DNA of 32,000 nucleotides from Candidatus Electronema halotolerans (GTDB lineage Bacteria; Desulfobacterota; Desulfobulbia; Desulfobulbales; Desulfobulbaceae): NCBI GenBank assembly GCA_942493095.1, contig OW818675.1, positions 2,940,001 to 2,972,000 of the forward strand, read 5' to 3'. Shown piece by piece: positions 25,054 to 32,000 of this stretch (position 1 is its first letter; each line of letters starts with the position of its first letter). The notes under the pieces were generated by a model. It saw only the letters and a program-made list of their open reading frames with translations, ran no database searches and was not told where the DNA came from. The position numbers and the translations under genes were made by a program.

Positions 25054-26040
25054 CTATTCTTCTAAGCGATGTCCGCATTCTGGGCAGAATCCATCTGAAT
25101 TCTTACTGATGAGGTATTCACAATTGCCGCAAACACATAACCTTTCCTCTTTTCTATCACTGCTTTTCCCATCTATTTTTCCTTTTTTTTGTTCCTTACC
25201 GGGAACATTTCTTCTTTTTGAGAAATATCCTATTATCCCGAGAATACCTCCCATGATCGCGCCTAAAGTTCCTTTTACAAAAATTTTTTCCCAATCGAAA
25301 TCACCTTGGGAATGTTTGCTCTCTCTGGCAGCTATATCTCCTGTAGACGGATTTGCAGCGATAACAGCATCTGCCCATTTACTGGATTCGGTTCTGCACC
25401 AATCAAGTCCTGACTTTTCTGCATTAACATACAAAAATAGCACCTTACCCTGAACATGCACAAGAGTAGCTGTCACTATTCCCTCAAAAAAAGATGGTTT
25501 CCCTTCTTCGTCATTGATCTTGTATTTAACGAATGTCGAGTATGCCAGACTTCGTTCCGTTTCGGAATGTGACGGAAGGGGCAACGGTCGATCAATAGAA
25601 ATGCCTAAATCTACGTTGTAATCCATGGCGATACCTTTGTTAATTTTTTCTAACCAGTCAGGCATCTGTAGTTCTGCTTTCTTAAAAATGTCTTCGTTTT
25701 GCGTCTTTATCTTCCGCTTGAATTGTGCGAAGTCATTATTTGAGATGAACGGCTGTATAAGTGCCTTTGCAGTCTGAACAGAAAAATGTCGATGGGACTG
25801 TGGAATTTCACCACGGGCGGCTATGGCTGCATCCGCTTCCGGGAGAAATTTCGCAAATTGTTCATTCATTGGAGGCACAAACCGTTCGGTCAGTTTTACA
25901 TAAGGTTGCATGTCGCTTGTGATAAGCGAATAGCCGACAGGTGATGGAATTGATAAATTTGTAGTGCCTACAGATATTTCAACGGCCAATACAGATGACG
26001 GAATGAGGAACAGCAAGCTAAGGAGGATAAGTCTTTTCAT
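25054..26040 (-). CDS. low-GC membrane protein: signal peptide, periplasmic domain, one TM helix, cytoplasmic C-terminal zinc ribbon
   Basis: ATG 26040 (MKRLILLSLLFLIPSSVLA); the TTG at 26052 in the ORF track is less likely. TM segment GTLGAIMGGILGIIGYF followed by a Lys-rich stretch, then CVCGNC..(11)..CPECG. No family recognised. Confidence 0.65.
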   Translation of the reverse strand: MKRLILLSLLFLIPSSVLAVEISVGTTNLSIPSPVGYSLITSDMQPYVKLTERFVPPMNEQFAKFLPEADAAIAARGEIPQSHRHFSVQTAKALIQPFISNNDFAQFKRKIKTQNEDIFKKAELQMPDWLEKINKGIAMDYNVDLGISIDRPLPLPSHSETERSLAYSTFVKYKINDEEGKPSFFEGIVTATLVHVQGKVLFLYVNAEKSGLDWCRTESSKWADAVIAANPSTGDIAARESKHSQGDFDWEKIFVKGTLGAIMGGILGIIGYFSKRRNVPGKEQKKGKIDGKSSDRKEERLCVCGNCEYLISKNSDGFCPECGHRLEE

Positions 26041-26055
26041 AGTGTCAAACAATTT

Positions 26056-26484
26056 TTATTTTTTTAAAAAACCTCTTAAAACCCACTTAGAAAGCGGGAT
26101 GTTTAAGAAGCCCAATAACCATAAAACAACGATAGGAAGAAGTGTAAGTTTGAAAAAGTAACTATAATTATAATGTTTATTGTGAACTGGTACTCGCCAT
26201 TCCCCACGTTTTATTCTATTGTTTATCTCTTCTAACAACTGCGTTAATAAATCAGAGGAACCTTCTGGTATTTCCTTTAATTTTGGTGTGGTTTTTATGT
26301 AAACTGTTTCTATGCAAACAAAATTTGAATCATAATTATTCTGTGCCGTCTTGTACGCGTAAATGGAGTAGACAAGAACACAAACAGCCCATAAGGTTGA
26401 AACAGCGATGCCCAATCGTGTCCATCCACCAAGCCTGTCGCTGAATTGCTTAAAAGTTAAAAAATGCTCACCTAATTTCGTCAC
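26056..26484 (-). CDS. low-GC small membrane protein (two TM segments), unknown function
   Basis: 142 aa with TM segments GIAVSTLWAVCVLVYSIYAY and LTLLPIVVLWLLGFL. Ends 16 nt (4 nt if the TTG at 26052 is used) before the start of the next gene on the same strand. Confidence 0.6.
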   Translation of the reverse strand: MTKLGEHFLTFKQFSDRLGGWTRLGIAVSTLWAVCVLVYSIYAYKTAQNNYDSNFVCIETVYIKTTPKLKEIPEGSSDLLTQLLEEINNRIKRGEWRVPVHNKHYNYSYFFKLTLLPIVVLWLLGFLNIPLSKWVLRGFLKK

Positions 26485-26546
26485 ACCGTCCTCTGAGAGT
26501 TACTGTTGTAGTTTTTCTCATTCCTGCTGCTCCAGCGTGAGAGTGC

Positions 26547-27944
26547 CTACTTCCCAATACAAAACTTGGAAAACACCGCATCCAGCACATCATCCGGTGT
26601 GGTCAGGCCGACAATATCAGCAAGATAATCCAGCACTGTCTGGAGATCAACCGCAATTAAATCAGCAGGCTGCTGCGCCAGCAGGGTTTGCTCAAGCTGC
26701 TGACAGGCTGCCAGAGCCTTTTCTAAAATCATCGCATGGCGAAGATTGGGCGCACAGGCGGGCTGCTCATCCATGCCCTCGCTGCTGCCCATTGCCGCCT
26801 GCCAGATCGCATCCAACAATGCCTCAATGCCTTGACCGCGCTTGGCCGCTGTCAGCACCTGTGTTTCTTGCACAAATTCAAGGCTGATCTGCTCTGCCAG
26901 CTCCGGCGCGGCAGCATCAATCTTGTTCAGCACCACAAGCCGCTTTTTGCCGCCAACCGACTGATAAAGCTGCCGGTCAAGCGCGGTCAGCTCCTGCGCC
27001 GCATCTATAACCAGTAGAACCAAGTCAGCCTGCTCCATCTTGCGCCGCGCCCGCTCAATGCCCAGTCCTTCCACAGCATCGGCATGATCACGAATACCTG
27101 CCGTATCAACCAGATGAACAGGAATACCGCGCACTGAAATCAACTCCTCAATGGTGTCGCGGGTGGTGCCGGGCAGATCAGCAACTAAGGCACGCTCTTC
27201 ACGCAGCAGGGCATTGAGCAAACTGGACTTGCCGACATTGGGCCGCCCGGCAATCACCGCCCGGATGCCCTCGCGCAAGACCTTGCCCTGCCCGGCTAAA
27301 GCCAGCAGGTTTTGCAAAGGCTCGTTAACCTGACTGCGCAATTGGCTGATAAGCTGATCTACAGGGAGAATCTCGGCGGCATCATCAGGAAAATCAATCG
27401 CCACCTCGATCAAGGCCAGCATTTCAACCAAGGCATCGCGGATTGCGCTGATCTGACTGTGGAGCGCGCCTTGCAGATGCTCGGCAGCAAGTTGGGCACT
27501 GGCAGCAGTGCGGGCCTCGATCAGGTCAATCACCGCTTCGGCGCGGGTGAGGTCAATCCGCCCGGCAAGAAATGCCCGCTTGGTGAACTCGCCCGGCTCG
27601 GCAGGCCGCGCCCCGGCAGCCAGCACCTCGGCAAGAATGGCCTGCAAAACTGGCCAGCTGCCGTGGCTCTGAATTTCCACCACATTTTCGCGGGTGTAGC
27701 TGTGCGGTGCCCGCATCAGCACCGCCATTGCCTCGTCCAAGACCATTCCGCTGCGGTCAACAATGTTCCCATAGCAGAACCGATGGCTTTGCCAAGCTGA
27801 CTGCGGACGATGGGGACGAAAGAGCTGCCGCAGAATCTGTTCCGCCAGCGGCCCGCTCAGGCGGATGATGCCGATGCCGCCGCTGCCCGGAGCCGTGGCA
27901 ATGGCGGCAATGGTGTCCTCAGTTTTGAACCGGGCTGTTGTCAT
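26547..27944 (-). CDS. mnmE: tRNA modification GTPase MnmE (TrmE)
   Basis: N-terminal DTIAAIATAPG, G domain GRPNVGKSSLLN / DTAG / NKID, and C-terminal FCIGK. Confidence 0.95.
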   Translation of the reverse strand: MTTARFKTEDTIAAIATAPGSGGIGIIRLSGPLAEQILRQLFRPHRPQSAWQSHRFCYGNIVDRSGMVLDEAMAVLMRAPHSYTRENVVEIQSHGSWPVLQAILAEVLAAGARPAEPGEFTKRAFLAGRIDLTRAEAVIDLIEARTAASAQLAAEHLQGALHSQISAIRDALVEMLALIEVAIDFPDDAAEILPVDQLISQLRSQVNEPLQNLLALAGQGKVLREGIRAVIAGRPNVGKSSLLNALLREERALVADLPGTTRDTIEELISVRGIPVHLVDTAGIRDHADAVEGLGIERARRKMEQADLVLLVIDAAQELTALDRQLYQSVGGKKRLVVLNKIDAAAPELAEQISLEFVQETQVLTAAKRGQGIEALLDAIWQAAMGSSEGMDEQPACAPNLRHAMILEKALAACQQLEQTLLAQQPADLIAVDLQTVLDYLADIVGLTTPDDVLDAVFSKFCIGK

Positions 27945-28821
27945 TCTTCCGCCCTTTGCCGCCCTTGCGATAGGGCTTTTTTTTGCCGGGCTTGTAGATC
28001 AGCACCTTTTTGAACAGGCCGTCGCCGACCGAGCGGCTGCGCACTTCCTTGTCTTCTTGCAGCAGAATATGCACCATCCGCCGCTCCGAGGGATTAAGGG
28101 CCGGGACAGCTTGGGTCATGCCGGTCTCGCGCACCTTGGCAGCCAGCTCCAGCACCTGCTCTTTCAGGGCCTCCATGCGCTGCTCGCGGTAATCGCCGAC
28201 CTCCAAAGAGAGATTGGTCCGCTCCGGCAGCAGCTTGGAGGTCATCTTCCGCAGCAGATACTGGAGGCTGTCCAAAGTTCTGCCGTCCTGCCCGGTCAGC
28301 ACCTCCTGATGCTCGCCGCTGACTTTGCAGAGCACGGTCTGGTTTTCCAGCTCCACGGTCACGGTTGACGACGGACAGCCCATCAGCTCCAGCAGGCGGA
28401 CAATATCTTGCCGCACCGCTTCCAAGGCCTCTGCTGGCGGCGGAAGATACGGTGTCGGCTCCGGCGGCGGCGCGGCGGCAGTCTTTTCCTCTGCCGCTGC
28501 TGGTGCGGGCGGAGAGGATTTTTTTCTCTCCCGTGGCGGCCTTTTCTTTTTCTTCTGCGGCGTTTCTGCCAAGGCAGGCGCTGCGTCCTCACCAGGCACT
28601 GCCGCATCCGGTTCAACTGCAACTTTTGCCGCAGGCGGCTGCCGCCCATCCTTGCGCCGCACCCGGATGCGGGCCTTTTTCCGGCAAAGACCGAAAATGC
28701 CGGGCGAGCCGGTTTCCAGCACCTCAATGTTCAGTTCTTCCTGCGAGGCAGCCAAGTCCTTGCAGGCACTGGCAATCGCGTCCGCGACTGTGCCGCCGTA
28801 AAAATTTTGTTCCTGTGCCAT
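27919..28821 (-). CDS. jag: Jag/KhpB RNA-binding protein (Jag_N, KH, R3H) with a long Pro/Ala/Lys-rich linker
   Basis: Jag_N-like N-terminus (GTVADAIASACKDL..EVLETGSPGIFG), KH-like core, and R3H-type C-terminus (LNPSERRMVHILLQEDKEVRSRSVGDG). Positioned between yidC and mnmE. 26-nt overlap with the mnmE start. Confidence 0.9.
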   Translation of the reverse strand: MAQEQNFYGGTVADAIASACKDLAASQEELNIEVLETGSPGIFGLCRKKARIRVRRKDGRQPPAAKVAVEPDAAVPGEDAAPALAETPQKKKKRPPRERKKSSPPAPAAAEEKTAAAPPPEPTPYLPPPAEALEAVRQDIVRLLELMGCPSSTVTVELENQTVLCKVSGEHQEVLTGQDGRTLDSLQYLLRKMTSKLLPERTNLSLEVGDYREQRMEALKEQVLELAAKVRETGMTQAVPALNPSERRMVHILLQEDKEVRSRSVGDGLFKKVLIYKPGKKKPYRKGGKGRKNDNSPVQN

Positions 28822-28832
28822 GATGATGCTCC

Positions 28833-30485
28833 TCAGTTCGGCGAGGCCGCAGGCGCGGTCTGCCGGTTGATCAGCTGCTGTTGAAGGATGGAGAGCAGGT
28901 TGCTCACAAACCAGTACAGCACCAAGCCGGAGGCGAAGTTGATGAACATGACTGTGAAAATGACCGGCATGAACTGCATGATTTTGGCCTGCTGCGGATC
29001 CGCTGTGGTCGGAGTCATTTTCTGTTGAAAAAACATGGTGATGCCCATCAACAGGGTCAGCACCGGAATGCCGTGCAGATAGGGAATGTCAACTCCGATC
29101 ATCAGGCGGTCCGGGGCGGAAAGATCGTTGATCCAGAGCATGAACGGCGCATGGCGCAGCTCAATGGCCGCCATCAGCACCCGGTACAGGGCGAAGAAAA
29201 AGGGAATCTGAATCAGCATGGGCAGACAGCCGCCAAGCGGATTGACCTTGTACGTTTTATACAGGGCCATCATCTCCTGATTCATCCGGGCCGGATCATC
29301 CTTGTGCTTTTCCCGAATTTTGGCCATCTTGGGCTGAATCTTCTGCATATTGCGCATCGACTTCATGCCCTTGTGCGTGATCGGCCAGAAGGCCCCCTTG
29401 ACCAAGCAGGTCACAAGGATGATGGCAATGCCGTAATTGCCGAAAATACGGTGGAAAAAGTTGAGCAGCAGGAGCATGGGCTTGGCAAGGAGGTCAAACC
29501 AGCCAAAGTTGATGGTCTCAGCCAGATCATAGCCCACCTCTTTCAGATAGGACAGCTTTTTCGGGCCAAAATAGCCTTCATGCTCCAAGACCTTGGTCGT
29601 GCCCGCAGCTAATTCTGTCTTGTTTTCCGCCAGCACGGTGCGGATATGCTCTGCACCGACCTGGCTGATGGTCACAGTGCGCTGGCTGCTTTTCTCCGGC
29701 AGCAGGGTGAGCATGAAATAGCTGTCCATGTCAGCCGCCCAGCTCACCTCGCCTTGAAAAACTAACGGCCCATTGCTCAGGTCTTTCAGTTTGATTTCAT
29801 GGAGCTGGCGGTTCATATACACTGCCGGGCCGCTGAACAGCCTGCCGCTGCCGCTGCCGCCCTGAAACGGGCCGTTGCTCATGGACAGGGCCGGAGTCAT
29901 CTGCACTGCCGCCGGGCCGCTGTTGCTGACGGTGCAGACGCTACCGATCAGGTAGTTGTCAGCATGAAAGGTCAGCTTGCGCTCAATCGTGATTCCATCC
30001 CCCATATCAGCCCGCATGATCAGGGACTTGTCCTTATCGCCCTCTCTCAGGCTGACGACTGTTTTCTCGGCGATGAAAGGAGGCAGAACTGCTGCTGCGC
30101 CGCCATCCAAGGTGAAGGTCATGGGCAGTTCTGCCGGATTGCTGACTGTGACTAACTCCATCAGCGGCGCAGCCTCTTTTTGCGCTGTCCGGTATTTTTT
30201 CAGCTTGAAACTCTTCAGACCGCCGCCCTGCTCAAAAAAGACCGCCTTGTAGAGCGGTGTTTCCACGACAATGTCGCGGGCTTTAGGATCAACTGCCACG
30301 ACCGGCGGAGCAGATTTGGCTGCGGCAGTCGGCGCAGGCTCAGACTGGACTGCCGGAGCGGCGGCCTGCTGGCTCTGCTGCTGTTCAGCAGGCGCAGGCG
30401 GCTGGGGCGGCGTGAAAAAATACTGCCAGCCCAGCAGGATGAACATGGAAAGAATGATGGCCAATAAAGCCCGGTAGGTGTCCAT
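28833..30485 (-). CDS. yidC: membrane protein insertase YidC
   Basis: N-terminal TM, large periplasmic domain, and a conserved C-terminal 5-TM core (GIAIILVTCLVKGAFWPIT.K..KSM..MQKIQPKM..I..K.KDD...MNQEMMALYK...VNPLGGCLPMLIQIPFFFALY). Confidence 0.95.
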   Translation of the reverse strand: MDTYRALLAIILSMFILLGWQYFFTPPQPPAPAEQQQSQQAAAPAVQSEPAPTAAAKSAPPVVAVDPKARDIVVETPLYKAVFFEQGGGLKSFKLKKYRTAQKEAAPLMELVTVSNPAELPMTFTLDGGAAAVLPPFIAEKTVVSLREGDKDKSLIMRADMGDGITIERKLTFHADNYLIGSVCTVSNSGPAAVQMTPALSMSNGPFQGGSGSGRLFSGPAVYMNRQLHEIKLKDLSNGPLVFQGEVSWAADMDSYFMLTLLPEKSSQRTVTISQVGAEHIRTVLAENKTELAAGTTKVLEHEGYFGPKKLSYLKEVGYDLAETINFGWFDLLAKPMLLLLNFFHRIFGNYGIAIILVTCLVKGAFWPITHKGMKSMRNMQKIQPKMAKIREKHKDDPARMNQEMMALYKTYKVNPLGGCLPMLIQIPFFFALYRVLMAAIELRHAPFMLWINDLSAPDRLMIGVDIPYLHGIPVLTLLMGITMFFQQKMTPTTADPQQAKIMQFMPVIFTVMFINFASGLVLYWFVSNLLSILQQQLINRQTAPAASPN

Positions 30486-30535
30486 TATGCAGGTTCTGTT
30501 GAAAAAAATGCCGGAATGGGAATCCGGCAGCGGAA

Positions 30536-30769
30536 CTATTCCACAGGATCATAGCCGCCAGCGGCAAAAGGATGGCAGCGCAGGATGCGCCGCACCGCCA
30601 GCAGGCTGCCCCGCAGCGCGCCGTGGCGGACCACAGCCTGCGCCGCATACTCAGAACAGGTGGGGATGTAGCGGCAGCAGGGCGGAAACAGCGGGGAAAT
30701 GCAGAGCTGATAGCCCCGCACCAGCAGCAGGCAGAAGGCCGCTGCCAGACTATGGCTGCGGCTGCGCAT
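30536..30769 (-). CDS. yidD: membrane protein insertion efficiency factor YidD
   Basis: [55 protein letters not shown]. Confidence 0.9.
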   Translation of the reverse strand: MRSRSHSLAAAFCLLLVRGYQLCISPLFPPCCRYIPTCSEYAAQAVVRHGALRGSLLAVRRILRCHPFAAGGYDPVE

Positions 30770-31115
30770 GACTCTGCTCCGGCCTTCCGGTCAGCCGGGC
30801 GACTGCGGCGCGGACAGCATCCATGCCTGTGAGGGAAAATTCAGGCCGCACCGCCACAACAATGTCGCTGGCCAGCGGAAATATCTGCCGGTGCAGGCGG
30901 AAGGTTTCGCGGATGAGCCGTTTGATCCGATTGCGGCGCACCGCGCAGCCGGTTTTGCCCGGAACGCTGATGCCCAAACGGCTGTGCGGCAGCGCATTGG
31001 CAAGAAAAATCAACGCAAAACCGGAGCCGCGCAGCCGCCTGCCTTTTTGATAGACCAAGTTGTATTCTCTGGTCTTTCTGAGCAGACAGGATTTGGGCAG
31101 GGCGAACCGCTTCAT
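30750..31115 (-). CDS. rnpA: ribonuclease P protein component
   Basis: Basic 121-aa protein ([17 protein letters not shown].., [10 protein letters not shown]) directly downstream of rpmH. Confidence 0.9.
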   Translation of the reverse strand: MKRFALPKSCLLRKTREYNLVYQKGRRLRGSGFALIFLANALPHSRLGISVPGKTGCAVRRNRIKRLIRETFRLHRQIFPLASDIVVAVRPEFSLTGMDAVRAAVARLTGRPEQSHAQPQP

Positions 31116-31120
31116 GCGGT

Positions 31121-31258
31121 TCAGGCGGAGAGCCGCTTCCGTCCTTTGGCCCGCCGCCGCCGGATGATTGCCTGACCGGAGCGGGTTTTCATGCGGGCGC
31201 GGAAACCGTGGGTGCGGGCGCGTTTGATATTGCTGGGCTGAAAGGTTCTTTTGCTCAT
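31121..31258 (-). CDS. rpmH: 50S ribosomal protein L34 (absent from the ORF track because it is under 60 aa)
   Basis: Hand translation of the minus strand gives [45 protein letters not shown]. Confidence 0.95.
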   Translation of the reverse strand: MSKRTFQPSNIKRARTHGFRARMKTRSGQAIIRRRRAKGRKRLSA

Positions 31259-31532
31259 GATGATTTCTGATGGGTCTGATTGATTGGATATCCAGCCTCT
31301 GTCCTCAGTGGAACTCCAGCTGGGCGGGCAATAGGTTCATGGACAGCAGAGGCTGCGGCATGTTGAAATGCGGGCAGACTGAGGCCGGTGCATTGATGTG
31401 AAGGGACATATTGTACTCAGCCGCCTTGCTGCTGTCAAATTATATTTTCCCTGTATTTCTTGCAGACTCCTGACCTTGCTGTCTCGTCAAGCGCAGGTCC
31501 GGCCCGCCTTCCTTGCTGCCGGACGCATGAAG

Positions 31533-32000
31533 TTATATGGAAAAATACGGGATGCCGTTCAGGCTTGAGGCTGTCTTCTGATTGATGCGCTGGATGCGCT
31601 GGGCCAGCAGTCTTGTCAAAAATAAAACATAATGCGGCTTTTCTTTGATCACCTGCACGAATTCTCGTTTTGAAACCTCTATCAGTCGGCCTTCTGTCTG
31701 CGCCCGCACGGTCGCGCTGCGATGATTGTTGAGCAGGAAGGACATCTCTCCCATGAACATGTCGTCAGAGTTGAGGCATGAGACAACTTTGCCATCCACA
31801 ACAACATCATATCGACCGCTGACGATGTAATAGAGATAACTGCTTGGCTCACCCTGATGAAATATAATTTCTCCCTCGCTGATCTTTCTTGCCTCAATAT
31901 TGACAAACAGGCTTGGGATCAGGCTGGATTCATCCTGATTGCAAACAAATTCAAAGGTGACAGAATTTCCTTTGTCATTATAGGATAAATTGCTGGTCAG
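31533..32000 (-). CDS. cyclic-nucleotide-binding domain protein (partial; the 5' end lies beyond the window)
   Basis: The frame is open from position 32000 with no stop. It reads ..ARKISEGEIIFHQGEPSSYLYYIVSGRYDVVVDGKVV....FMGEMSFLLNNHRSATVRAQTEGRLIEVSKREF, the classic cNMP-binding beta-roll with the FGE..(l)...RSATV motif. Confidence 0.8.
   Translation of the reverse strand: MTSNLSYNDKGNSVTFEFVCNQDESSLIPSLFVNIEARKISEGEIIFHQGEPSSYLYYIVSGRYDVVVDGKVVSCLNSDDMFMGEMSFLLNNHRSATVRAQTEGRLIEVSKREFVQVIKEKPHYVLFLTRLLAQRIQRINQKTASSLNGIPYFSI

Noticed and set aside
25030-26546. SGI1-type site-specific integration at the mnmE 3' end.
   Set aside because: No integrase or excisionase gene is present. By eye I found no second copy of the last ~18 bp of mnmE (..TTTTGTATTGGGAAGTAG) at the far boundary. 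I keep the region only as a compositional islet (see findings).
28380-28640. Pro/Ala/Lys-rich low-complexity segment in Jag, and a similar Pro/Ala tract in the DUF533 protein at about 5230-5350, considered as possible insertions or repeats.
   Set aside because: Both are in frame, sit between recognised domains, and look like ordinary disordered linkers. There is no nucleotide-level tandem repeat structure.
31293-31355. Imperfect long-range hairpin upstream of rpmH (CAGCCTCTGTCC ... GGACAG-CAG-AGGCTG, two 6-bp helices with a 3-nt bulge and a 36-nt loop), and a DnaA-box-like TTGGATATCC at 31284-31293.
   Set aside because: The helices are short and interrupted, with no flanking T-run and no known leader motif for rpmH. 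The DnaA-like word mismatches the consensus at several positions and is single-copy.

Overview
Densely coding bacterial chromosomal window, mostly high GC. One hand-counted 60-nt sample in mnmE is 36/60 G+C. The gene content (several c-type multihaem cytochromes, corC-lnt, rpmH-rnpA-yidD-yidC-jag-mnmE) fits a Gram-negative anaerobe, possibly Desulfobacterota, but the taxon cannot be shown from this window. Layout: (i) 147-2877 is a four-gene locus that looks like a curli/holdfast-type secretion system: two paralogous secreted repeat proteins, a small secreted protein, and a CsgG-like lipoprotein with a C-terminal peptidoglycan-binding domain. (ii) 2992-17474 is housekeeping and transport: rhodanese-MBL fusion, YafK-type L,D-transpeptidase, DUF533/TerB-like protein, corC-lnt, a small AP2-like gene, prfB with its canonical +1 frameshift, trpD, a zinc-ribbon/helical-repeat protein, an orphan LivM-like permease, an ABC exporter pair, a metallophosphoesterase and a DUF697-like protein. 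(iii) 17507-26484 is an accessory stretch. It holds a MACPF (perforin-like) gene fused to a four-blade hemopexin-like propeller, split by a 1280-bp IS4-family element with 26-bp inverted repeats and a 9-bp target duplication. It also holds two tandem tetrahaem cytochrome genes, dispersed palindromic and direct repeats flanking an SDR gene, a RelE/ParE-type toxin reduced to 21 codons next to an intact antitoxin, and a low-GC two-gene membrane/zinc-ribbon cassette abutting mnmE. (iv) 26547-31258 is the conserved mnmE-jag-yidC-yidD-rnpA-rpmH cluster, followed by a partial cNMP-binding-domain gene. I recognised no rRNA, tRNA or CRISPR array. All functional calls rest on motif recognition by eye; no database search was run.
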